This document shows positions 1 to 11,744 of a stretch of DNA of 64,000 nt, piece by piece; within the stretch, counting starts at the first letter, position 1, and every line of letters begins with the position of its first letter. A program made the translations under genes and the position numbers. The DNA is from Klebsormidium nitens. Taxonomy: Eukaryota > Plantae > Klebsormidiophyceae. The stretch spans positions 248,001 to 312,000 of the forward strand of contig DF236979.1 of the NCBI GenBank assembly GCA_000708835.1, given 5' to 3'. Below the pieces are notes generated by a model. It searched no databases. It worked only from the letters and a program-made list of their open reading frames with translations, and was not told the DNA's origin.

Positions 1-3000
1 GCAAAGAACCATCCCGACGAGAAAGTGCTCGTTCTGGACTTTACCGAGGTGAGTATTCATGGCGAAATTTTCTTTTTGCTCATTTCGAAAGAATCTTCTC
101 GCAGCTTGTACTTTCTGCGTGGTAATATCGAGTACAAACAAAACGTGCGCAGGTTCATCAGTATGATATCGAAGGGAGAGTTTCCAGGTGTCACTTTCGA
201 ATCCTTCGTGCATGAAGGTGGATTACCTTTCTTTTTGAAAGGATCTTGATAGGAGGTGACTCCGTTCCACCGACAACGTAAGAGTAAATACCAAGCAGAT
301 ATTGATTTTGCTTCTCACATTGCTCCGTTTGACGTTGCTTCCGTATGGGTGGCAGCACGCTGCGATCACAGTCTGTTGCTCACTCTGCTTGAGTAGGCTC
401 ACCTAGGCCGCGTGGTAACTTTAGCGGGGAACCGAGAAAAGTGATTCGAAGTTTTACCAAAACGCGAAATCTTACCTAGCCAGCACAATAGATTAAGCAG
501 GATTGCCAGAGACTTCTTTGAACTTTATTTTACCAGCACACTATCTGCCAATGTAGGTGGGAGATGTGTCCGAGTTCTTTCTGGGAGGCGCTCACAACCA
601 GCGTGGCAAGCGCCGCCAGAGAGCCATAGCTCCTGTCGTCAGCGCGACGAGCTACCTCCTGAAGGCGCTAGCGCAAGCCATTCCAAAGTAGGTCTCCCGG
701 TTGTGGCCCATGGTTCTGCTTTTCTGTGCAAGCTAGGACGGAAGCAGAATCCCTCAGTTTGTGAGAGTAGTCTTTGTCTTGATTAAGGCCCTGGTAAACG
801 GATAAGACCATACAAAGTAATCAACTTTAGAATCTGCCAGTCTTGTTAATTGCAACTTCACGATTGCATTCGCTTAGCGCCAGATCCTCTCTTGGTTTAG
901 AACGTCAGCTTTGGAAGTTTGAGCTAGCTAAGGCGTGTTCGAGTTTACCTGGTGAATCACATGGCTCAGTATACCTACTCCTCACCCTTTCGGCCTTAGC
1001 GTAGAGTCCAAACGAAGAAAGACGTGTCCAAGAATTCGCGAGAGTCCAGTTTCGGAAAGGCTGGGTCCAGGCAGGATTAGGGCGGTAAAACATTTATTAT
1101 GTTCTTTGTTCCCTGCTCTCTGTAGGTTGCAACGTGCAGACTTTCATACCGTTCAGCAAAGCTCGTCTTCGAAGGCTGACCGGAGCGAATAGAAAGTAAG
1201 ACAGTCCACAATGTGAAAGCTCTCATTTCCGACCCTTTGCAGGTTCCAGCTCACGGACGACGTGCAGGAGGATGAGAAGGTCCTGGCCGCGCTCCTAGGG
1301 GCGCTGCCGCAGCCCAAGAAGGCGAGCAGCGGTGACCCCCCCCCGGGGCCCTTCTCGCAGGAAATCGCCTTCTCGCAAGAGATTACTGACAGGTACGGTG
1401 GGTAAGTTACTACTTTGCAGGAATTGGTAACTGCATTATTCGCTTTTGACTGTCTTTGCATCTTCCCCCGCTTTCATCGTACAGCCTTCTCCTTGTAGAA
1501 ACATCAGGCAATGCTTCCGCGGGTTTCTCTCACTGACCTTGATGATGGATAGTCAAAGCACCGACTGCTGTATTGATCGTCGACAGGATTGAGCAGCTTC
1601 CTCTGCTAATGGCACACAATTACTTGAAATGGGAAGACGAATGAGCCGCCTTGAGAAGCAGAAGCACACTATTACAGCAACTAGAGACTTAGTAAAGGTG
1701 TCAACTCGCAGCGGGGACTGACTACGCCTTTTCGTTCCGCAGCCAAAAGGACTCTGAGGAAGGTGGCGAGGAAAGCGGCACGTCGACTCATCACGAAGTG
1801 TAGGTTTTCCACGCCTCACTTTCCACTCCCAAGCTCAGCCTGCTGGTCGCGTAATTTGAGCTTTACTGAGACAGCAGATCGCCAATTCTCCTCGAGTGTC
1901 ACTGCTCTCATTAGATGATCATTATCTTTCGAAGACGGAAGCTGAACCATCGAGCCGTATTTTCACCTCTATGTAGTCAGCTGCCAAGCAGTTTGTCTGA
2001 GTTTCAATAATGATTCAGTAAGTCCCCGATCGCTTCGCCGGTCTTCCTGACCAGCTCAAGTGTCGACCTTCCGGAAGATCCTTTCCGGACCTTCCGGAAG
2101 ATTCTTTCCGGACGCATAGAAGGCGCGGGGGGGCTGATCTACCTCCACGTCACGTCTGTGTCATATTAGCAGTCGTTGTTAGTCCAGTCCCCAGACGCCT
2201 CACGCTCACCCTGTATCACAAGATGCGTCGAGATCTGTTAGATGCGCGCTTTCTCGAAACTCTATGAACAAGCAGATCCTCAGCAGCCTCCAAGGATTTC
2301 CCCGTCGACCATCGTTCCGTTCCGTTTCCGCTGCAGAGGCCGCATGGTGAGCATCGAGCGGTACGCGATTCCGCTGTGCAAGGCGAACGCCCGGCTCCCG
2401 GAGAACCTGTTCCTGTGCCCCAGCGGAGGCGATGCGGTGAAGAGCATTCGCTTCTCGGAGACGCAGAGACGGGACATCTGCGAAGTCCTTAACAAGTGAG
2501 CTCTTACCTGCGTAAATCTCCCTCCGGCTTCTGCATAAAGTCACTTCCGCGAGTCTGGGCGAGAACGTTTCCACATCGACAGACCAACGTACCGGCATGA
2601 AGACGAACTGACAATGCTCTCAGGATCCGCCCTTTCTTGCTCACGTACGAATTCACGCGGTTTTGTTTTGGCCGAGCGTAACGCTCGTCCTAAAGCTTAA
2701 GCCGTCGGATATTTGAACACGCCGCCGATACTGCGAGCCGTCTTGGATAACTTCGTGTAGATCTGAATGCCAGGGTCCCTGAGGTCCAGATACAACGACC
2801 CGGCTTTCGTTTCTATACATTTGTTAAGATTTGCCTGAGTGCATTTAGCCTCGCTCTCTAGGGACAGCGTCATTCGACGCCAGAACCCTCTTCCAAAGAC
2901 TGCCCACGCCAATCGCATATTTCTCCGCGAACATCTGATGACCACCCTGTTCCTGGAAGGTGGATAGAGACGCGTGTCCGAAACTGCTTTCTATCGACAA

Positions 3001-6000
3001 TACGTTTACGTTACTCAGGGATTCATGAGCACCTGGCATCGCACGTCGTGCCAATCTTTCCCGCGCTTCCGTACAGCTTCATGTTAAGCCATAAGCTGAT
3101 TGTGATGCTAATGCACTTCATACAGCAGGATTTTCGAGGATCGTTTTTGCCCTTCCAGATCTTACGAGCAACTAGAGGGCAGCTGGAAGCTGTTCATCGA
3201 CACGGACTCGGAAAAACTCCAGCTGCTTACTTTTCACTGTAACCTGGCGCTTCCATGGGAATCCATAATGCGCTTCGAACCATACCCACTCATGATCCAA
3301 CGAAATTCACAAGCCGGAACCAGGAACGTCGTTTTTCCTCCTCAGGTCGTATGAACAACTGGAGGGCAGCTGGAAGCTGTTCATCGACACGGACTCGGAC
3401 AAGTCAAGCTACGCGTACGCGGAGATCGCGCTGGGCGTGGCGGACTACGCGGTCGTGCCGCTCCACGCTGACGTCACCGACTTCTACCGCGTGCGCGCGC
3501 TCATGATGCACATGTGCGACCTCATGAAGGTCAACGCGTGCAAGGCGCGGGTGCAGCAGGTGGGGAAGTCGAACTACCTCTGTTTATTAAATCCTGAGGT
3601 CCTGAAGATTCGCGCTTCAGGCTGATTGCTGTGTCGTTTTTCTCGTGCTAGGTGTCTTGTTCATCGGTCTGAGGTTCGCATGCGCGAATTAACCTCACTT
3701 TCTCCTTTCGCTCCGATCTATAATTGATTGAGAGGCTCAGCTCTGTACTTGGTGAAATTGTCTGAGTTTTAGGAGAGGGGGCTTAGATCTTTACATGTCC
3801 AGTCCCGACAAAACGCTGCGCTCGAGATGCCACAGCTTCGGTATAGGTAAAGGAGGATCCCTTCCAGTCACTCAGGGTAACCAGGTAGGATACTTCAAAA
3901 CAGGGGAACGCCGGAGGATAAAACCCGGAGCTCGTTTCTGCGCGCTTTCGACAGAAGGCTTCACACACGATTCTTTCTCCTTTTGGCGGGCGCTTGAAGG
4001 GGGAAATCCATCGTTCGGTTGCCAGGGAAAAATCAAACCAGAGGACGATCTAAGAGACGACTTTGAGAAAAGCGTTCCTCTCCGGCCGGGCTCCTTGCAG
4101 GTCCTGGGGAACCTGTTGACCGGGCGTTTCAACCGAGAGCCTTTTCTGCCTTTGACGGCACTAACTCTAAAGGAGGACGATTTGACGAACAAAGATTTCG
4201 CTCTGGCCGCTTCAGAGCCTTTAGGAGCGGCTGACTGGGCGCTTCTGTGTTTCTGCAGAGCACATCGAAGCTATTATTACCAACTCTCGAGAAAAGTCTG
4301 ACCGCCCCGGGCACTCGCAGAGTTCTCTGGAACCAGCTGACCGGGCGGTTCCACTTCGACCGAAGTGCAGATTTTGCAGCACTCATAATCCCAACGTTTA
4401 TCGAACTCAACAAGATAGACCTTTACTTTCGACACAGTGCCTTCTTTGACGTACTAATCACGACAAAGAGTGACTCAAAAAGGCAATATTATATTGAAAA
4501 GAAGCAAGACGTAAACCCGTTTTGCCCGGGCACCTTCCAGATCCTGTGGAACCAATTGACCGGGCGGTTCAACCGGGAGCTGGACCCTGAGGAGGGCCTG
4601 GCGAAGGGCCCCTTCATCCCGCTCAAGGCGGAGCAAGACATGATTGCCACTCTAGATGCGCTCTTCTACAAGCTGGGCCGAGACTACCCCGAGCTGTTCG
4701 TGCTGCCGCCTGGAGGAGATATCGACCAAAAGAAGTTTGCAAGTGAGCGCTTCTGGTTGAGGTTTGTCGAACAAGGTCGGAGCCTCGATGTGAGGTAAAT
4801 CTGCATTGAGCAAAAGTCTTGACCCCTGGATGAACGATAGCCGCAAGCGACCCACTTGCAAAGTCGTCCAGGATCAAGAACTGTTGTACGAGCATTTCGG
4901 ATGGAAGGGGCCCTGTGATCAGTGAGTCAGTTTGATGGCATAGGTAGTCTGCCACACGGCCTAAACGAAGCTTGCCGTCTTTGGCTGACACAACTTCTGT
5001 TTTTGTTGCTTTCCAGCCCTGACTTCGGTGTGTGTTCGCAACTTTGGAACGGTCAACGTGGCGTCCAAAGACACGGGCGTCCCGATCCCGGTCATCCAGC
5101 CAGGTGGGCACGTTGCGAAGATCTGCAATTGTCTGCAATTGTCTTATCAATCGTCGCAATTGTTCTAGTCCGAGGATTGACAAGATTGTTCGCAGGTTTC
5201 TGCTTCAGAGAAACGAGGCTGGTAGGAGGGCTTAGTCAAAGAACGTGAACAAAGTTTTCCTTTCCGCGCGTTTCAAGCAACTTCCACGGGAGTGCCAGCT
5301 CAGTATCGTTTCTTGACAGCAGTTTTCTCGGGGACTATATGAGCAGCAGCAAATCACTGGGAGTTTGCTTTCTGAACCTCACAATGGTACAACATATTGG
5401 CACATCGAGCGAGGAGCGATCGGCTGTTCGCACAATCCAGGCAACTCCCGCGGCAGAACCCATCAATTTATCCCTATCTTTCTTCGATTACTCATCTTAC
5501 AGCATCAGAAGTCACTGCAAATCTTTTCAACTGAAACAAAGCCAGGTATATCGTGAGTGAGGAACACCTCATTGCTAGCATTAGATTACGTTCTGATTCC
5601 GTAAGATTACTGTCCGCCTATTCCAGGCATCTTCCACGGCAGTTACCAGCAGTACGTCCTGGGCGTGAACACGGTCCACAACCAGAAGGTCAACATCGAC
5701 GAAGTCGTGGAAGGCCTCAGCATGACGCCACGTGGCGACGAGCGGCAACAGGCCGAGAACGCCGCACACACGCGCACGCGCGCGGAAGAACCGGCCGAAG
5801 AAGAACCGACCGGGGTCCAAACCAGGAGCGCAGCGGCGGAGGGGGGGTCCAAGCGGCAGGCGGAAAGACCCCCCGAAACGGAGAATGACGTGGCGCAGAA
5901 GCGCGGCCGTGAGAACGAACCGACTGAGGAAGAAACAGTTGGTGTTCAAACCAGGAACGGGGGATCCAAGCAGCAACCGGAGGGATCCCCCGGGATGGGG

Positions 6001-6282
6001 AACGGCGTGGCGCGCAAGCGCGGTCGCGAGGAAGAGTCGACCGAGGAAGAGCGGATCGGGGTCCAAACTAGGAGCGCGTCGGCCGAGGCGGGGGCGGAGG
6101 GATCCCCCGGGACAGACGAGGATGCGGTGCATAAGCGCGGACGTGAGGAAGAGTCGACCGGGGAGGAGCAAACCGGGGTCCAAACTAGGAGCGCGGGGTC
6201 CCAGCGGCAGGCGGAGGGATACCCAGAAACGGACGAGGATGCGGCCCGCAAAGGAGCGGACGTGAGGAAGAGACGACGGTAG
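1..6282 (+). CDS. 5'-truncated, 8-exon ParA/MinD-family (SIMIBI) ATPase-like protein with a long acidic/basic repeat tail
   Basis: Phase-consistent GT-AG exons: <1-48, 557-687, 1243-1392, 2337-2495, 3346-3559, 4541-4742, 5017-5103, 5627-6282. The translation contains AKNHPDEKVLVLDFTEVGDVSEFFLGG (Walker A'-like), LPENLFLCPSGG, WKLFIDTDSDKSSYAYAEIALGVADYAVVPLHAD (Walker B-like, then A-D-x-x-x-x-P) and VRNFGTVNVASKDTGVPI, in the motif order of bacterial ParA-family proteins. Walker A lies upstream of the window. Confidence 0.75.
3135..3403 (+). repeat. Duplicated 3' splice site plus first 58 nt of ParA exon 5 (copy starts 3159, real exon 3346)
   Basis: ttccag|ATCTTACGAGCAACTAGAGGGCAGCTGGAAGCTGTTCATCGACACGGACTCGGAAAAA versus cctcag|GTCGTATGAACAACTGGAGGGCAGCTGGAAGCTGTTCATCGACACGGACTCGGACAAG. 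Confidence 0.9.
4080..4580 (+). repeat. Three copies of 3' splice site plus head of ParA exon 6, 220-nt period
   Basis: AG followed by (V/I)L(W/G)N(Q/L)LTGRF-coding sequence at 4101, 4321/4322 and 4541. Each is preceded by a ccggg-c(a/t)c...cag motif. Confidence 0.85.
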
Positions 6283-6400
6283 AGAAGCACACCGAAGTGG
6301 AAACCGGGGGGCAAACCGGGGAACAAACCGGGGTGCAAACTAGGAGTGCGGCGGCGGAAGCGGGGTCCAAGCGACAGGCGGAGGGATCCCCGGGGGAAGC
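5790..6400 (+). repeat. Coding tandem repeat of about 40-45 aa (about 120-135 nt), five GVQTR(S/N) units
   Basis: Repeated GVQTR...GS(K)RQAEG(S)P...KRGREEEST in the last ParA exon. The fifth unit (after about 6255) lies in a shifted frame. Confidence 0.9.
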
Positions 6401-7732
6401 GGATGAGGGGCAAAACAAGAAGCAGGCGGTGGCTCTGCGCTCGGAGGGAGTCGTTGCCGTAGTGTGAGGGTCATGGATGGCCGAACGTGGTGTAATAAGG
6501 TTGCGACGCGTGGTAAGCAGACACGCGTAGAGAGGTAGCTTGGAGTTCTGGAGTGGGCGCCGTCTCATAATAAACAAAGATAAGCCGGCGCCGATGAAAT
6601 GTTCACCCTCAGGCGCCTTCGCCTGGTTTCAGTCGGCGCCCGCTGAAGTGTGTGGATAGTCCTGGAATGAACGTTTGTAGAAAGGGGTGGTCATGTCATT
6701 CAGAAAGACCGATATCTGATCATGCGACCAATGGTTTCGTGTTCATGCGTCCAATAATCACGCAATGCCATGAAAAGGTAAGGCCCCGGTAAGGCTCTAA
6801 ATGACAATAAGCCATTATCCTGTTTGGAAACGTTGTCAGAAGAAGCACACGTTGCTTCGACCAGACGTTCACTTTGAGTTGTTGTAAAGCCTATATTGCA
6901 TGGCTAGAGTTATTGTTGTGTAAAGCTGTTTTGCATATTACGGGGGAACGTGGCCCCATCATGACCTGCGATGGCGAATTGTGCTGGGCTGACCCGCATA
7001 ATAGCTGAAATCAAGATACAAATGTACCATGCAAGTATATACGCCTGATTGATATCAGGCACCGGCCCTTTCTCATGTGTGCGGACGTTGGATTTGCGCG
7101 AAATAAATCCAGAGGGTCGGGCCTGGCATTATATTTGACGCAACCATCCGCAGCTTGGTATACGCGCAGGCCATGCAGCGATCGTACACATGCGTTAGGA
7201 GCAACCGCATATCCGATCCGGACGGTCATCAACGTTGTCTCTAGCTAGTTGAGGACGGTGGCATGTTAATTGAGGTCATCAACTTTACGCCCGTATAGCT
7301 AACTCACAATGAAACCTGTGATATGCATGATGCCAGTAGCATGGTGCTCTCCTGTTTGTTGAATTTGAACAAACATTCGGAATTGACGAAGATGTGGATC
7401 ACACACATCACACCATAGCTATGTATCAGCCGCACAGCAATTTCTTTATAGTGGATACAGAACTTGGTTGATCCGGCATACAGGCGCTGAACGTTACAAG
7501 ATTTAACAAGCCGGTGCGCTGACAATCCTCATGATAATTTCGCGGTCGGATGCGGAAAGAAAGCTGGCAGAGGCGCATGTGCTCACGTGAGCAACTCTAT
7601 GCCTTGAAAGAATGAGTCCTACGAATCTTGGTTTTATGATGAATCCTGCCGAGGCTGCCAGCAACTATCTGTGCAAATGATGGACGGTACTCGTCTGTTT
7701 GCCTAGCTCGATCAGATTGAGTGCCGTTTAGG

Positions 7733-9513
7733 TTATCGATCTGGCTTCTCAAGATCCTCAAACGTGATAGCATGTTCCCGAGCTGTGATGCGCTGGACGT
7801 ATCCTGTGGTTACAAGCACCAAAAGGAATCAAGTCAGCCTTCAAGCCACACTCCTCATTTGTTTAACTGGAAGTGACACATACGTTGTCATCCAAATGCA
7901 ACGACGGGGACCTACTTGAACAACTAAAATGGATTCGAAAAGCAGACACCAAGCAGGTTGGCTGGAAGGTCGCACGTTAGGACACATGTTGCCGCGCCAC
8001 TTGCCCACTTGGGCTTTCTGTCCACGCAACTATGGAAGTAGTCCTGACTGAACCGAAACCGCTATATGAATCTTACAGTTTGCCAACAGTTGAGGTCTAA
8101 TGCCACTTTTTGCTTGTAAAAAGTTGCAGCAACTAGATACAGAGCTTGGCTTTTACAGGCAACTGTAAATTCTGTGGAGAAAGACAGTACCGAGACCAGG
8201 AGATGCCACTTGGAAAGAATGGACAGCCTCCTATAACTGAGGCACATAGAAAGTCCCGTGAGTTCAGCATCTCTTCGAACAGATGAAGGACGCGGATCTT
8301 ACCTACACCTTGGCAAGTGATGCAGCTGCTAATGACCTCCTTTCCGTTCTTCCGGTAGAAGCTCACGACCCCCGTACCTTGACACCGCTTACATTCACCA
8401 GTATATGAGAACAACGGCTTTTTGCAAGCCTGCACACACAATGGGGTCATTGGATTCAATCCTGGGACGGTGATGGTTGTAAACCAGCGAATCTAGATCA
8501 TATCAGCCATCCAAACTTTGTACTTGAGACTGAAGCAGAGAGCTCTTCAAGGATTTCTGTACAAGCCAGTCTGATAAACCGCATCGACAAGCAGTTGTCG
8601 CTGAAGGTCTGACTCAGGCGCAACTATTCAAGACAGTTCTACCACCACTGAATATCCGAGCGCAAAGCCGGTAGTAGGAGGTTCCTATCTTGATGCAAGC
8701 AGTTTTACGACGTTCGCCAACCTGACCCAGCACACCGTCAACAGCTGCGTTTACTCAACCGCTCTGCTTCGTACAAAAACCGAGGCAAGAAGATGCAGAA
8801 CACAAGCTTGCAGGGAAAGAATCCCCTTTGTACGTTACATGGATGCTAACAATAAATGAAGATTCGACGAAAGGACTGGAAAGTGCGGACTTTGCGATGA
8901 GACCTTGTTTCGCAACGACGCTCATGTCAGCAGAAGAGTAGGCAGACCAGACCTTTCAATCTAGCAACGAAACGCGCTGCTTGGGTGCATATATACTACC
9001 ACCACAATTACAACTGTCACAAGTTCTCACGCCCCAGTATCTGCAAATACTGTGCTGCTGGAAAAGCGCAGTACATGACTTCGAGGGAGGCCTTACCTGC
9101 ATCTCCACGTCGCAGTTCAATCGCGCCTCCAACTCCTCTGGCGGCAGCGGCTCTATGTCTTTCATGGTCAGCGGAAGCCCGGGCGGCCGATCCTTGTGCA
9201 GATCGCTGTCTTGTCTTCGGGACCACTTCTTCCACCATTTCGCTGCTGTAACCACAGATAACCGCCGGCGCTTCTGGTAGCCAAGCTTACATTGCCGAGA
9301 ACCAAAAAGGGGTCTACTTTCTGCAGCGCGAGCTAGTGTCAGCCGGGGAGCAGGCAACTGTGCGCACTGTAAGAGGTGTTTTGACGGGGTTTTGACGGTC
9401 TGTTTCAAGCATCCTGCACTTGCACCGATTTGTGATGCGGAGGATAGGTTTCTGGATGATGCAAGCGTACGGTGCCTAGTAGTCGGATTCAGAGGCAATT
9501 GAGTGCCTTTCAT
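7733..9513 (-). CDS. Plastid-targeted DnaJ-type zinc-finger (CxxCxGxG) chaperone-like protein; start codon uncertain (9513, or further upstream at 9669)
   Basis: Exons ...-9097, 8429-8303 and 7803-7733 join in phase: ...EELEARLNCDVEMQ|ACKKPLFSYTGECKRCQGTGVVSFYRKNGKEVISSCITCQGV|GYVQRITAREHAITFEDLEKPDR*. The N-terminus is S/R/A-rich, like a transit peptide. Confidence 0.75.
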
Positions 9514-11744
9514 CCTTGCCGGGCTAGTTTGATGAGATAAACTTTGACATCTTAAGCTGGCGCTCGCAGGTTGAGGGATCCTGGGCCTCCGCATGCATAG
9601 ATCTGGGGGTATCAATCGGCGCAGGTTGACAAATCGGCACGGGGAGCTCTGCAGAGTCGGTTTCTGCATAGCCTGACTTCCTCGGCCGAGAATCTGTGAC
9701 ATTATTGGGCAACTCGAGCACGCCTGGTGTACAGCAAAAAGTGCCATTTCGAAGGCTACTGTACACTTCTAGCGCCAACGTCTCCTTTCCTTGCCTGTAA
9801 AGAATCCAATTGAATTCTGCGTGCAACTCTGACTTAACAAGATAATATTCCTGGAATGCTAGCGATGGATCGCAATTGACCAGCGACGCGAGCGGTGCCC
9901 GTGCGGTGCCACCACCGTCTACAGCTCAGATTGACGAAATGCTGCTAAACAAGGGGCTTTCGCACCCTCTCAAAAATTGATCCAACCCTCATAGTAATAC
10001 TAGGTAATAGGTACTGCAAAACGTCAGAGGTCATGTCCTGCTCTGACATGCTGATTTCGAAAGGGAAGGAAGATGGGCGGCAGCTTTGGTGACTCAGCAG
10101 CGTGCAAGCGTGGGCCTTGCACTGGGCCTGAAACGCTGCCTACGAATTTGTGCACTTTTTTGGCGCGCATATGAATTGCACATATTCCTTGTCGAGAGGG
10201 TGTTAGAAATAACCACCTCAGTAGGACCGAAACCGGCGAAGCCTCATCATTGCCTGCAAACAGTGGGTTTTGAACTATTGACGTTCTCAACCAGAATTTC
10301 GACATGCCTAGGAAAGCGTGGGTCGGGCCCTTATAATCCGCCACTTTGTTGGAACATGTCACGTGCTCGGTCGCGTATCCGCTAGGATGCTGCCCAGCCG
10401 TCGATCACCGGAGGTCGACTTGGCTCGACGGATCAGACGCATCCCAAGGGATCAACTGCCGTCTGTTTTACCGTGCGCTATGGATTTCATGTGGCAAGGC
10501 ATTGCCATAGGCCCTACAGTAGACACGAAACACGCCTATCACACAGTACTAGCGGCGCCTCAGTGTCGTCCCTGCATGGTCCCACCTTATCCAGTTGTAC
10601 TGCCCACCATGTATGATGTACTATGATGTACCAGCAATGTTGCAATGTACATAGGTATTGTTGGTGTGCAGCTAAGCTGTCTTTGTGTCTTTGTACGAAT
10701 ACTCATGTGCCTACTCGTCTACTCGGAATTTTTGAGATCTTGAAGTAGGTACAGAAGTACTATATCTAGGTAGGAACGTACTACAATGCGAGGACCTACC
10801 CATCATCGTTCGAAGTTCGAGTTCAGCCTGTCCTGCATGCTATTTATGCTATTGCTTGAAAGTTCGGGCGGTCGTGTCGTCATATCAGCAATACCTAGCA
10901 TGATGTGCGTGTCGGCTCTAGTCTCCAGAGTCAAAGATATTAGTTTGTCAGACTGCAAATCACGTTTTCGCCCCGTGGCGGACCCCGTGGGCTGGTGGTA
11001 TAAGCAGCTTTTGGATTCCCTAGGCTTCGGACCGCAGACTGCACTCAAAAGCACAGGAATCAATCCAATGATCCTCGCCTCAAAAGCGCAGCCTCTTGCG
11101 ATACTGAGAGCTTTGATTGATCCTTCAACGTCCTGGGAAAAATAATGCAATCGCTTGAAGACGTTGCGCCGCCTTGCCACAACAAGAACAGCTTCTCGAA
11201 CGTTCGTCAAATGGGTATACCAGACCTCGAGAACTTTGCAGAAGTCCAAAGGACATTGATCGGCTGCAAGCAGGGCAAGGTGGGCATAATGCTCTGATCA
11301 AAAGTCAGAAATGCAGATCGGCTGGGGAAGGGGGCCCAGATTTTAATCTGTGACTAGGCTCATGCACAGCCTAGAATCACCTGCAAGTTGGAAGGCCAGA
11401 ATCCATAACACGGACCTTCAATCACGCACCTGATAACGCGTTGGTCTTGGGCCACTCTTCTTCATGACGCCAAAAGGGCTGTAGGGGTGGTTAGGTAACG
11501 ACAAGTATCTCTGAGAACAACCGGGCCTTGGATCAGGGTTGCGCAAACTAGACAATGCCATAGAATCAAGCTTTGCAGGTCAAGCAAGGCGAAAAACCCT
11601 CCTGTAGGCAGCGGCGCCGGCACCTAGGAGGTCTGAAAAGGCCAGGGGATATTCTTGTCGTGTCATCAATTATGTGTGCTGATGATGTTGGTCTGTCCAA
11701 GCGCAATGGTCAGCAGGACGGAGTGATGACTCCGCATGACCGCC

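Noticed and set aside
25-249. ORF 25-249 as a gene
   Set aside because: Only the part up to 48 is coding (donor GTGAGT at 49). The remainder is intron read-through.
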